A stretch of 64,000 nt of DNA from Arenicellales bacterium (GTDB lineage: Bacteria > Pseudomonadota > Gammaproteobacteria > Arenicellales > JAJDZL01): positions 175,641-239,640 of the forward strand of contig CBDAUJ010000001.1 in NCBI GenBank assembly GCA_965200545.1, written 5' to 3'. This document shows positions 1-9,652 of the stretch, one piece after another. A program made the position numbers and the translations under genes. The notes under the pieces are model-generated. The model was not told the origin of the DNA. It ran no database searches and saw only the letters and a program-made list of their open reading frames with translations. Each line of letters opens with the position of its first letter. Position 1 is the first letter of the stretch.

Positions 1-209
1 AGCTGCCGCCGTGGTGGCGGTGTGCCGGCGTGGACGATGCCGCAGCGCTGTTTCGAACCGTCGCTGGCTGTATCTATCATGCAGCCGTGCAGCCGGTTCG
101 GATTTCAGCCACCGAAGTGCGCCGCAAGCTCAGTTGCGGATTGGATATCTCTGCCGAGGTGCCACCGGCAGTCATTGATTATCTGACGATAAACAACTTG
201 TACAAATGA
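1..209 (+). CDS. nadD: Nicotinate-nucleotide adenylyltransferase, C-terminal fragment (5' end lies outside the window)
   Basis: The frame starting at nt 3 reads ...GCIYHAAVQPVRISATEVRRKLSCGLDISAEVPPAVIDYLTINNLYK*. This is colinear with the E. coli NadD C-terminus (..ISATIIRERL...YINQQGLYR). It lies directly upstream of rsfS, which is the conserved arrangement. Confidence 0.75.
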   Translation, partial: LPPWWRCAGVDDAAALFRTVAGCIYHAAVQPVRISATEVRRKLSCGLDISAEVPPAVIDYLTINNLYK

Positions 210-221
210 AGTCGAAGAGTT

Positions 222-575
222 ATGGGTTTGAGTGCCGAAAAAATATTGGAATCGATTATTGATTCAATAGGGAATGCGAAAGGGCTGAACATCAGCGTGC
301 TGAATGTCAAGGAAGCGACCGATATGACGGATGTTATTGTCATTGTGACCGGATCATCGAATCGTCATGTCAAATCGATTATGAAAACTGTGATCGATGA
401 AATGAAAGATCTGGGTGTAAAGCCTATCGGGGTCGAAGGCGAGCAGTATGCGCAGTGGATTCTGATCGACTATACCGATGTCATCGTCAATATCATGCTT
501 GCTGAAAGTCGGGAGTTTTATGATCTCGAAAGCTTATGGCAGGAAACACTGAAGGTGCCTGCTGCCAAGCATTGA
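222..575 (+). CDS. rsfS: Ribosomal silencing factor RsfS (Iojap family)
   Basis: 117-aa ORF with an ATG start. It carries typical RsfS motifs (VLNVKEATDMTDVIVIVTGSSNRHVKS...WILIDYTDVIVNIM..E.REFYDLE.LW) and sits next to nadD. Confidence 0.9.
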   Translation: MGLSAEKILESIIDSIGNAKGLNISVLNVKEATDMTDVIVIVTGSSNRHVKSIMKTVIDEMKDLGVKPIGVEGEQYAQWILIDYTDVIVNIMLAESREFYDLESLWQETLKVPAAKH

Positions 576-1012
576 ATGTTTCGGACTGGCATCGGGTCGC
601 TGAATTGAACGGTCAGCGCCGGTCGTTGTCGGCAAGCTGGCTTAGGTCATCGGTGGCCATGCCGCAGAGATGTACGGATACGAATTAAATTGCATGCAGG
701 ACTGGGCAATACGAAGATAATCAGATACGAAAGGCTCCGCGACACTGAGGTGAATGAAAAAAGTCTTGTCGCCATGCTGTATGTGCTGTCGGTTTGGCGC
801 TCGAATTCGACCAGCTGACGATTGCAGCAATTTTATTTTTCGAATTCTGCGAGCCGAGCATAAAGTAGAGCTTTGGTGACGGACAGAATTGTCGTGAGGC
901 AACTGTTGTCTTGATCAGGTGGCGCTGGTGCTCAAGACCGACAAATCCAGGCAATGTGCGCAATGTAGAGGCTATGCGTTCGCTTCGAAAAAAAAACTTG
1001 CTGCTTGTTCAT

Positions 1013-1702
1013 ATGAAAGATTCGAACCCGCCTAAACTGTATCTCGCGTCGCGATCACCGCAGCGCCGGCGGCTGTTGCGGGCAATCTGTGCAGAATTTG
1101 AGCTGCTTGACCTCGAAGTGGATGAAACCCCGCTGGCGCTGGAATCCGCGCGCGAATACGTTTTGCGGCTTGCCAATGGCAAAGCCGGGGCAGGATTCAG
1201 TCGCGCCGCAAGCGATGTCCGTGATCGTGACAGCCGCACGGCCAGTTGCGTGGTTGGGTCCGATACCTGTGTTGTCGTCGACAATGTGAAACTCGGCAAA
1301 CCCGTCGACGATGCGAATGCGAAGGCAATGCTGCGTCTGCTGCGCGGTCGTACACACCAGGTTTATTCTGCAGTGGCGGTGCATTGCGATTTCGCTGCCG
1401 TGTCGATGGCGGTTGCGGCGGAGGTTGAATTTTCAGACATGACGGATCGGCAAATCAGTGAATTCATTGCCGCTGGCGAATCCAAAGGTCGAGCGGGCGC
1501 CTACGGCATTCAAGGGCAGGCGCGAAAGTTTATCACTGCGCTGCGCGGCACCTGGAGCTGCGTCATCGGATTACCCGTTTTAGAAACCGCGCAGTGCCTG
1601 CAAATGTGTGGTGTCGCAGTGAATGCCTATGACCGGTCAGTCACTGAAATCTTGTGTGACTTTGGCACTATAGCGGCTTTCGATGGTCAAATTGAAATCT
1701 AG
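1013..1702 (+). CDS. maf: Maf-like nucleoside triphosphate pyrophosphatase (septum formation protein Maf)
   Basis: Carries Maf motifs (LYLASRSPQRRRLL, VVGSDTCVVVDN..LGKP, GRTHQVYSAV, GAYGIQG). I chose the ATG at 1013 rather than the upstream start at 911. The gene is followed by yhdP, as in enterobacterial and pseudomonad synteny. Confidence 0.9.
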   Translation: MKDSNPPKLYLASRSPQRRRLLRAICAEFELLDLEVDETPLALESAREYVLRLANGKAGAGFSRAASDVRDRDSRTASCVVGSDTCVVVDNVKLGKPVDDANAKAMLRLLRGRTHQVYSAVAVHCDFAAVSMAVAAEVEFSDMTDRQISEFIAAGESKGRAGAYGIQGQARKFITALRGTWSCVIGLPVLETAQCLQMCGVAVNAYDRSVTEILCDFGTIAAFDGQIEI

Positions 1703-1726
1703 CCAGCAGCCTGGACTGTCTCTTTC

Positions 1727-4700
1727 GTGAATAAGCTACTCTCTTTGATTGCTGAAAACAAATTCGTAAAGAACTTGCGCGCGCTGCTGTATGCGCTGCT
1801 CAAGGTACTGCTGCGCATCACGGCGCTGCTTGGCAGCCTGGCCGCCTTGCTGGCGGTAATATTGGTATTTGTACTTTTCAATCTCGAAATCATACTTCCG
1901 TGGGCGGTCGACAAGGCTTCGGAGAACTACGATCGTGATATCGCTATCGGACATATCGAATCTGGATTGGTCGGCACGCATTTTGCGGTACGCCTGAACG
2001 ATATTTCTTTGGGTGGCGGCGCGCACGGCGACCTTGATTTCAGCGCCGATGCGATCGAAATGCGCCTTGGCAGCGGAATGTTCACTCGCAGCGGTCTCCA
2101 GCTTGACTATTTTGGCATTACGCGGCCGCAACTGAATGGTCGCATCTTGCTCGACGCGACCGAAGCGTCTGATGCGGAGCCAAAGCCTCGCCAACCGCAA
2201 AATTTTGCAGCTTACCTTGCGGCGTTGCCGACCATCGCAACGATACGCGTTGAACAAGGTCAATATGATGTTGCACTTGAGTCGGACGAACTCAATGTGC
2301 AGCTGCAAGGGGTGTTTCAGCTAGAAGGCGCCCAGCGCGAAGATCGCTACGTTTTTGAAGGCTCGTTCTTGCCGCAGGACATGAGCGACACAGACTTCAA
2401 TCTGCGCTTTGAGTCCACCCGCGAACCGGCTGGACAGACAGTCTCAAACCTGAGTTTGAACGCTCGCCGCATGAACTTGGTGTGGTTCACTGCGATGTGG
2501 AACAGCTTCTTTCCGCAGCGTGCCGTCGATGCGGCGAATGTGTTTGCTGTGATGGATGCGGATGTTGACAGCCAATGGATCGAGGGCTCATTGGATACTG
2601 TCTCTTGGGACATCAACGTGACAGATGCGGTTCTCGATGGCGCCATCAGCAATGTCCGACAGTTTGTCCTTGTGTCAGAAGGTACACTCAGTCGCCAGAG
2701 CGACGGCTCGAATCGGGTGGATGTAAATTTTGACGCCAAGTCGCTGGATGTCGCAGAGCTGCTTCGGCGTTATCCGAATCTGTTTCCGCAAAAATTCTAC
2801 GCGCACGCATCGGATCGCCTTGACGCGCTGTGGATTCGGCAGGCGGCGGGTGCGGTTTCTGGCAATTGGATGGTGCCGGGACAGCCGCTGAGCGATTTGC
2901 GCCTGAGTGTGACAGGTGAGTTTGAAAACTACGATTATCGTTTTTCTGAAATCTGGCCGCCGCTGCTTGATGGTCAGGGCCTGGCGAAGATCACTGACAG
3001 GCAGATTGATATCGAATTCAGCCAAGGGTCTTTGCACGGCCGCCAGCTCGACAATGCCACCGCCCGTATTGCGGATTTTCTGATCGCCGACCCGATTATG
3101 GATTTCCAGGCGCAAGTTACACTGTCAGTCGATGATGCGATGGATTTTTTTGGGCCGAATGGAATGGTCAAGCCCGGCATGACGGATGCGATCGTCCGCG
3201 GCAGCGGCAATTCCGTTGTCACTGTATCGGCGGTTGTACCGCTGCGGCGGGGACGTGAGTTCACGCTGACCGGCGCAGTTGAGCCGCAGGGACTGACTGC
3301 ATTGACATCATACGGAATCGAAGCGAGCGATATAGGGGGAAAAATTGATTTCAACCGCGCAGGTCTGACCACGGGGCGCTTGCAGGGCAAAGTGACTGAC
3401 GGTGATTTCGAATTGGAATTTCGCGGCGCGTCCGGCAGCAGCGGTTTTGAGATTTCCGGCTCCGGGTCTGGCGCTGCGGCAGCCGAAGTATTTGCGCCAT
3501 TGATGCCGGGTCAGGTAAAAAATTATCTCGATGGAGTTATTGACTGGAATGCAGACTACAGTTTCAGCGCCGATGTGGACGAGATAGGCATCACTTCGTC
3601 CTTGCGGGATGTGCGCTCAGAACTGCCTTATCCGATGGCTAAACAGTCCGGCACAGCGATGCCCGCAAAGGTCTTTGTTTCGACGCATGGCGACGAGCAG
3701 CGTCGCATCGCGCTGCAGTTCGGGACCATTCTTGAGAGCGTTTTGAACGCGCGCCGCACTGCTGGCCAGTGGCAGGTGCAATCCGGCACTGTGGCCGTCG
3801 GACCGGTTCAGATGCCCAAAGAAGACAGCGCGGGCATTATTGTCAATGCCTATCTGCCCGAGTTCGATTATGGGCGCTGGCTGGCAGTCATGCGGTCGCA
3901 AGGCAGCCGCCCGGGATTGAATCAAGGACGCTTGAAGGAGATCAGTCTCTCGGTTGACAAATTTAATTTTGCGCGCGCCAGAGAGTTTCACGATGTGCAT
4001 CTCCATATCGCCAAAGAGAATCGACTTTGGCATATCGATGTGGTTTCGAAAGAGATGATCGGTCGAGCAAGCTATCTTGATCGACAATCTGTACAGGAGG
4101 GCGAAGTGCCGACCTTGACGATTGATTTTGCCCGTTGCTACATCCCCGAAGCACAGGCTGCACCGATCCAGGGCGGGATTGACCCGAAGAATCTGCCGCG
4201 TATGCAGTTCAGCTGCGCTGACACACGCTATGGGAACTATGCGCTGGGCAAAAGCACTATTTCCGCCGAGCCGCAAGCGGACAGCTGGGCGATTACGGCG
4301 GCTGAGTTTGCCACTCCGGAATTTGTTCTCACGTCGAGTGGCCATTGGAATTATGGTGAGACATCTGCGTTGCAGTTCGTCTTCGAAACACCTGATTTCG
4401 GTGCAGCAATGGAGAAACTCAGTTACGGCCGATTGTTCAATGGGGGCAGCGGATCGGTACGGGGGAATCTGAGCTGGGACGATGCGCTCACCCGGTGGCG
4501 CACCGACATCACCTCCGGCGACTACAATCTGGCTATCAAGTCAGGCTCTTTGATCACTCGGAAAGATGAGACGACTGCCAAACTGATCGGCATTCTGAAT
4601 TACGACACGCTGCTGAACCGAGTTTCGGCAGATATTGCCGATTTTGGCGAGGACGGCATCCCCTTTGAGACGGTATCGGGCGGGGGCGATATCCAGGCAG

Positions 4701-5017
4701 GGCGCATCAATGTGCCGGGTCTGCGGGTTCAAGGACCAACCTCTGAAATTGATGTCTCAGGACATGTTGACTGGAATACCAAGCAACTGGATATGATTGC
4801 TAAAATCGACGTTGAGGTCGGCAAGCCGCTGACGACAATTGCCACCATCGCCGGCGGTCCGGTCACCGGACTGATTACTTATCTCGGCAAGGAGATTTTG
4901 GAAAAATCGGAAATTGAACTGTTTACGCATCATTATTCAATCACGGGTCCATGGTCCGAGCCCGAGGTTGTCGCTGTGCAGCGAGCAAACGGTGACGCCA
5001 CAAGCAGTCAGGAATGA
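1727..5017 (+). CDS. yhdP: YhdP-family (AsmA-like, DUF3971/AsmA2) envelope protein
   Basis: 1096-aa ORF with a GTG start and an N-terminal TM helix. The C-terminus is conserved (IDVSGHVDWNTKQLDM...GPVTGLITYL...YSITGPWSEPEV). It lies between maf and the C-N hydrolase/tldD genes, as in Pseudomonas. Confidence 0.8.
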   Translation: MNKLLSLIAENKFVKNLRALLYALLKVLLRITALLGSLAALLAVILVFVLFNLEIILPWAVDKASENYDRDIAIGHIESGLVGTHFAVRLNDISLGGGAHGDLDFSADAIEMRLGSGMFTRSGLQLDYFGITRPQLNGRILLDATEASDAEPKPRQPQNFAAYLAALPTIATIRVEQGQYDVALESDELNVQLQGVFQLEGAQREDRYVFEGSFLPQDMSDTDFNLRFESTREPAGQTVSNLSLNARRMNLVWFTAMWNSFFPQRAVDAANVFAVMDADVDSQWIEGSLDTVSWDINVTDAVLDGAISNVRQFVLVSEGTLSRQSDGSNRVDVNFDAKSLDVAELLRRYPNLFPQKFYAHASDRLDALWIRQAAGAVSGNWMVPGQPLSDLRLSVTGEFENYDYRFSEIWPPLLDGQGLAKITDRQIDIEFSQGSLHGRQLDNATARIADFLIADPIMDFQAQVTLSVDDAMDFFGPNGMVKPGMTDAIVRGSGNSVVTVSAVVPLRRGREFTLTGAVEPQGLTALTSYGIEASDIGGKIDFNRAGLTTGRLQGKVTDGDFELEFRGASGSSGFEISGSGSGAAAAEVFAPLMPGQVKNYLDGVIDWNADYSFSADVDEIGITSSLRDVRSELPYPMAKQSGTAMPAKVFVSTHGDEQRRIALQFGTILESVLNARRTAGQWQVQSGTVAVGPVQMPKEDSAGIIVNAYLPEFDYGRWLAVMRSQGSRPGLNQGRLKEISLSVDKFNFARAREFHDVHLHIAKENRLWHIDVVSKEMIGRASYLDRQSVQEGEVPTLTIDFARCYIPEAQAAPIQGGIDPKNLPRMQFSCADTRYGNYALGKSTISAEPQADSWAITAAEFATPEFVLTSSGHWNYGETSALQFVFETPDFGAAMEKLSYGRLFNGGSGSVRGNLSWDDALTRWRTDITSGDYNLAIKSGSLITRKDETTAKLIGILNYDTLLNRVSADIADFGEDGIPFETVSGGGDIQAGRINVPGLRVQGPTSEIDVSGHVDWNTKQLDMIAKIDVEVGKPLTTIATIAGGPVTGLITYLGKEILEKSEIELFTHHYSITGPWSEPEVVAVQRANGDATSSQE

Positions 5018-5027
5018 AAACGAAGTC

Positions 5028-5387
5028 ATGCCTAAACTTGCGCCTTATATTCTGATTGCTGCGAGTTTGACAGCATCAGGCACTGTGCAAAGCCAAAGCA
5101 GTCATGAGTATCAGCTGTCCCGCTATGAATGGCCTGTTCGCGAGTCTGCGGATGCCATGCTCGGCATCCCGCAGCTCAGGCAGGCGATTCTGCAATTGCT
5201 TGCGGCCAGCGATCGAATTCTCATGATTCACTATTCAGGGGGGGTTGCCGGCAATGAGTGGGCGCTGACGCTGAAGAATCATTTGGTGGCCCTCGGCATT
5301 GAAGGGCAGCGTATCCGATTGCGGTCGCCATCCGGTGATGAGGAGATTCTGCTGCTCGAGATTGTCTCAAGGGAGACAGCACAGTGA
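5028..5387 (+). CDS. Small hypothetical exported protein
   Basis: ATG at 5028, 11 nt after the yhdP stop. The N-terminus is signal-peptide-like (MPKLAPYILIAASLTASGTVQS). Its stop overlaps the GTG start of the next gene. I recognise no family. Confidence 0.4.
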   Translation: MPKLAPYILIAASLTASGTVQSQSSHEYQLSRYEWPVRESADAMLGIPQLRQAILQLLAASDRILMIHYSGGVAGNEWALTLKNHLVALGIEGQRIRLRSPSGDEEILLLEIVSRETAQ

Positions 5388-6193
5388 AAATTGCTGCGAT
5401 CCAGATGAATTCCACCAATGATCTGAATAAGAATCTTGATTTGGCATCGCAGCTGATTCAGCAAGCGCAGCGTCGCGAGGCGCAGATGGCCATTTTGCCA
5501 GAGTGCTTTGCATTCATGGCGGCGGATCATCATGAGCGGCTGCAATACGCGCAGTCTGCGGACGGTGACAGCGTCATTCTGAGCCGTATGTCCGAACTTG
5601 CCAGAAGCGCTCGCATGTGGATTCTTGCAGCGGGCATATTCATGCGTGAGGCGGAGGCAGCGAAAGTGAGCAACACATCGCTTCTGTTCGATGCGCTTGG
5701 CGGTATTGTTGCCCGATATGACAAGATCAATCTTTTCGACATTCAGTTGCCGGATGGAGAAAGTTACGCCGAATCTTCGTATACTATCGCCGGCGAGCAG
5801 GCTGTGGCAGTTGACACGCCGGCCGGGAAAGCCGGACTGACCGTGTGTTTTGATGTTCGGTTTCCGAGCCTCTACCGCCATCTTGCCGCGTTGGGCGCCA
5901 TCTGGTACACTGTTCCGTCTGCGTTCTCATACACAACCGGGCGTGATCACTGGGAGGTGCTGCTGCGTGCTCGGGCGATTGAAAACCGCGCCTATGTTGT
6001 CGCGCCTGCACAGTGGGGCGAGCACCCCGGCGGACGGCGAACTTACGGGCATTCCATGATTGTTGATCCATGGGGGCATTTTACGGTTTGCGAGCATCCT
6101 GCCAATGATGTATTGATTGCCGATATATGTGCGGACCAAGTGCAAGAGATTCGCAGCCGGTTCAAGCATTGCGAAAGCGGGGGTTTCGCATGA
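5384..6193 (+). CDS. Carbon-nitrogen hydrolase (nitrilase superfamily)
   Basis: Shows the Glu/Lys/Cys catalytic context (ILPECFAF, KINLFD, LTVCFDVRFP) and the C-terminal motif RARAIENRAYVVAPAQ. It lies upstream of tldD, as in pseudomonads. Confidence 0.85.
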   Translation: MKIAAIQMNSTNDLNKNLDLASQLIQQAQRREAQMAILPECFAFMAADHHERLQYAQSADGDSVILSRMSELARSARMWILAAGIFMREAEAAKVSNTSLLFDALGGIVARYDKINLFDIQLPDGESYAESSYTIAGEQAVAVDTPAGKAGLTVCFDVRFPSLYRHLAALGAIWYTVPSAFSYTTGRDHWEVLLRARAIENRAYVVAPAQWGEHPGGRRTYGHSMIVDPWGHFTVCEHPANDVLIADICADQVQEIRSRFKHCESGGFA

Positions 6194-6294
6194 TACGCTC
6201 CAGCGGCGGGGACAACAATGGCTTGAAAACCTCCACAACGAGGTTATATTGACAGACAATAAGGCAATAGTGCCCGAACCCACCATTTATTTAC

Positions 6295-7746
6295 ATGATG
6301 AGTAACCATTTGCAAATCGCCCGCAGTACGCTGCTGGAACCCGCTGAAGTTGATGAGCGGGAATTGGATTCGCTTCTTGGAGCGGTAACTGGAAAATCTA
6401 TTGATCATGCCGATGTCTTCCTGGAATACAGCCGCGGCGAGAGCTGGAGTCTCGAAGAAGGTATAGTCAAGTCGGGTGCATTCCACATCAATCGCGGTGC
6501 GGGTCTGCGGGCTGTCAGCGGCGACAAGACGGGCTTTGCCTGTTCCGACGATTTGAGCCTGGCGGCTTTGACACGAGCTGCTCGATCCGCACGCACGATT
6601 GCCCGCAGCGGCAGCGATGGCAGCGATGCAAATATTGATGTCCGTCCGTTTCAGGCGCCAGCTCTGTATCCGGATGATGATCCGCTCGGCTCAATGACCG
6701 ATACACAGAAAATTGATCTGATTACCGGCGTCGAGCGCGATGCGCGCCAGCAAGATCCGCGCGTTCGGGAAGTGATCGTCAATCTCAGCGGTGCGCACAA
6801 GATTGTGCTTGTTGCTCGCAGCGACGGAATACTGTGCGCGGATGTGCGTCCGCTGATTCGAATGGACGTATCCGTCGTCGCTGAGCAGAATGGCCGTCGT
6901 GAGCGGGGTTCTTTCGGCGGCGGTACGCGCGGCAGTTACGAATTCTTTGTCGATCAGGAAAGAGCTTTCAGCTACGGACGCGAAGCAGTGCGCCAGGCAC
7001 TGGCTAATCTTGAGTCTGTGGAGGCGCCCGCGGGTACGATGACTGTCGTGCTCGGCCCCGGCTGGCCTGGCATTTTGCTGCATGAGGCGATTGGGCATCC
7101 GCTGGAGGGCGACTTCAACCGCAAAGGGACTTCTGCGTTTGCCGGCCGTATCGGTGAGCAGGTCGCCTCCAAGCTGTGTACCGTGGTGGATGATGGCACC
7201 TTGCCCGAACGGCGCGGGTCGCTGAGTGTTGATGACGAAGGCACAGTCACTGGCAATACGGTATTGATCGAAAACGGCGTATTGAAAGGATACATGCATG
7301 ATTTGACCAATGCGCGTCTGATGCGGCAGGCGCCGACCGGCAATGGCCGGCGCGAAAGCTACCAGCATCTGCCCATGCCGAGGATGACGAATACCTATAT
7401 GCTCGCAGGTGAGTCAAGTCATGAAGAGATTATCGAATCGGTCGACAACGGCATTTATGCTGTCAGCTTCGGCGGCGGACAGGTGGATCCTACGTCCGGA
7501 AATTTTGTGTTTTCGGCCACGGAAGCCTACCGTATTGAGAAAGGCCGGGTTACCTGTCCGGTCAAAGGGGCGACTTTGATCGGCAGCGGTCCGCAAGTAT
7601 TGACCAAAGTTTCGATGGTGGGAAACAATCTTGAGCTTGATTCGGGCATCGGCACTTGCGGAAAAGCTGGACAATCGGTCCCGGTGGGTGTCGGACTGCC
7701 GACTATTCGAGTCGATGAGCTGACAGTCGGCGGCTCGCAGGTTTAG
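6295..7746 (+). CDS. tldD: Metalloprotease TldD
   Basis: 483 aa with the HEAIGHPLEGD zinc motif. It is colinear with TldD over its full length. Confidence 0.95.
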   Translation: MMSNHLQIARSTLLEPAEVDERELDSLLGAVTGKSIDHADVFLEYSRGESWSLEEGIVKSGAFHINRGAGLRAVSGDKTGFACSDDLSLAALTRAARSARTIARSGSDGSDANIDVRPFQAPALYPDDDPLGSMTDTQKIDLITGVERDARQQDPRVREVIVNLSGAHKIVLVARSDGILCADVRPLIRMDVSVVAEQNGRRERGSFGGGTRGSYEFFVDQERAFSYGREAVRQALANLESVEAPAGTMTVVLGPGWPGILLHEAIGHPLEGDFNRKGTSAFAGRIGEQVASKLCTVVDDGTLPERRGSLSVDDEGTVTGNTVLIENGVLKGYMHDLTNARLMRQAPTGNGRRESYQHLPMPRMTNTYMLAGESSHEEIIESVDNGIYAVSFGGGQVDPTSGNFVFSATEAYRIEKGRVTCPVKGATLIGSGPQVLTKVSMVGNNLELDSGIGTCGKAGQSVPVGVGLPTIRVDELTVGGSQV

Positions 7747-7750
7747 GCCC

Positions 7751-9112
7751 ATGAATGCCACCGGCCATTTCATTGCGCGTACTGACCGCAGACTTGAAGC
7801 TGATGTATTGATGGATGTAGCCGCGAGTGCGCTGGATATCGCGTCGCAGTCCAAGGTTGATGCCGCAGTGGTAAATGTTTCACGCTCTCATAGCAGTGAT
7901 CTGAATGTGCGTCTGGGCGAGCTCGAGACGGTTGAAAGCACGGATCAAAAAAGTTTGGCGGTATCCGTTTATTTGGGCCAGCATCGCGGCGTCAGCACGA
8001 CCAGCGACCTCAGTCGCGATGCAGTCACCGATGCGGTACGCGCGGCTTATTCGATTGCGAAATATACGGCGGAGGATCCATACAACGGATTGCCTCCGAC
8101 TGACCGTCTGCTTCGCGAACCGATCGATCTGCAACTGCACCATCCCCGCGCGGTGGATCGCGATACAGCTTTTGAGCTGGCTTTGCGTTGCGAGAACGCT
8201 GCGCGGCAAGCAGACCGGCGCATCACCAATTCCGAAGGCGCCTCTTTCGGTTCAGCAGAGGTGGAGTCAGTGCTGGGCAATAGTGACGGACTGCTGATCA
8301 GCGAGAAAAAAACGCTTTACAGTGTCGGCTGCTGCGTTGTGGCGCAGACCGACAGCGGAATGCAATCCGATTACTGGAGTTCATCAGCGCGGGAATTCAG
8401 GGAGGTCGAGCCGCCTGAAGAAGTTGGCCTGCGCACAGCACAGCGCGCACTGCGCAGAGTTGATTCCAGGCGGTTGCAAACCTGCTCGGCACCGGTATTG
8501 TTTGAGGCGCCGGTCGCTGGCGATTTGCTGCGGTCGCTGATCAGTGCGATCTCGGGCGCAGCGCAGTACCGCAAGTCGACGTTTTTGCTTGACAGTTTGG
8601 GGCAGGAGATTTTCCCGAAGTGGGTTCGAATTCATGAACAGCCGCATTTGGCGCGCGGTCTGGGCAGTTCAATGGCGGATGCCGAAGGCGTTGCGACGCA
8701 GGCGCGGGACATTGTTCGAGATGGGATTTTGTGCGGCTATGTTCTTGATTCTTACGGGGCGCGGAAACTGGGCATGGAGACAACGGGAAACGCCGGCGGT
8801 GTATTCAATTTGACTATTGACAGCGGCAATCGGGATTTCGATGCTCTGCTGAAATTGATGGACCGCGGTTTGCTGGTCACTGAATTGATGGGTTTCGGAA
8901 AGAACATTGTGACGGGTGATTATTCCATGGGTGCTCGGGGTCTCTGGATAGAGGGCGGTGCGATTCAGTATCCGGTTGAAGAGTTGACGATTGCCGGAAA
9001 TTTGCGACAGATGTTTGCCGATCTGGTTGATATTGGCATAGATGTTGATACGCGGCGCAGCTTGCGCACCGGCTCTATTTTGATCGGCAATATGTCGATT
9101 GCTGGCACATGA
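7751..9112 (+). CDS. pmbA: Metalloprotease PmbA (TldE)
   Basis: 453 aa, colinear with E. coli PmbA (YRKSTFLLDSLG, VTELMG.G.N..TGDYS.GA.G.W.E.G.IQYPV.E.TIAGNL). It starts 5 nt after the tldD stop. Confidence 0.93.
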   Translation: MNATGHFIARTDRRLEADVLMDVAASALDIASQSKVDAAVVNVSRSHSSDLNVRLGELETVESTDQKSLAVSVYLGQHRGVSTTSDLSRDAVTDAVRAAYSIAKYTAEDPYNGLPPTDRLLREPIDLQLHHPRAVDRDTAFELALRCENAARQADRRITNSEGASFGSAEVESVLGNSDGLLISEKKTLYSVGCCVVAQTDSGMQSDYWSSSAREFREVEPPEEVGLRTAQRALRRVDSRRLQTCSAPVLFEAPVAGDLLRSLISAISGAAQYRKSTFLLDSLGQEIFPKWVRIHEQPHLARGLGSSMADAEGVATQARDIVRDGILCGYVLDSYGARKLGMETTGNAGGVFNLTIDSGNRDFDALLKLMDRGLLVTELMGFGKNIVTGDYSMGARGLWIEGGAIQYPVEELTIAGNLRQMFADLVDIGIDVDTRRSLRTGSILIGNMSIAGT

Positions 9113-9253
9113 GAAAAATGCCGGAACCGTCCCGCGCGGGTACTGGCACGGATATAATGCGACGCAGTCTGATTACAGTTTGGATAAAACGATGAATCTG
9201 CGGCATGTTGTTGCAACCCATTGAAACGCATCACTGTATTGCACTGAAACAAG

Positions 9254-9622
9254 ATGCCGATTTACGAATACATTTGCAATCACTGCGAACATGAGCTTGA
9301 GGTTCTGCAGAGTATCAAGGATCCGCCGCTGACGGTCTGTCCTGCCTGCGGTCGCGCCGCGTTGCGGAAAAAACTGTCGGTTGTCGCCTTCCGCCTCAAA
9401 GGTACCGGCTGGTATGAGACCGATTTCAAGAATGCAGCGAACGGCCAAGCCAAAGGCAGCGAGCCGGACAAGGGCAAAGAAGCCAAATCCGATTCTGAGA
9501 CCGCAAATTCCAACTCTGCAGAGAATAAATCCGATTCCGCGACAAAAGACAAGAGCAAAAGCGGCAAGCCGGCCGCTGATACACAAGCCAAATCTGCCGC
9601 GACTTCGACCGCAGCAACCTGA
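9254..9622 (+). CDS. FmdB-family zinc-ribbon protein with a low-complexity K/S/A/D-rich tail
   Basis: The N-terminus MPIYEYICNHCEHELEVLQSIKDPPLTVCPACG has the CxxC...CxxC ribbon. Its position immediately upstream of aspS is typical for this family. Confidence 0.85.
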   Translation: MPIYEYICNHCEHELEVLQSIKDPPLTVCPACGRAALRKKLSVVAFRLKGTGWYETDFKNAANGQAKGSEPDKGKEAKSDSETANSNSAENKSDSATKDKSKSGKPAADTQAKSAATSTAAT

Positions 9623-9652
9623 TTCGATTCAATCCTGTTCGTGAAAGATTCT

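Noticed and set aside
9140-9160. TGGCAC followed by a GC-containing element upstream of fmdB, looking like a sigma54 -24/-12 promoter
   Set aside because: The GG-to-GC spacing is two bases too long compared with the TGGCAC-N5-TTGC consensus. The TATAAT at 9153-9158 is a simpler sigma70 explanation.
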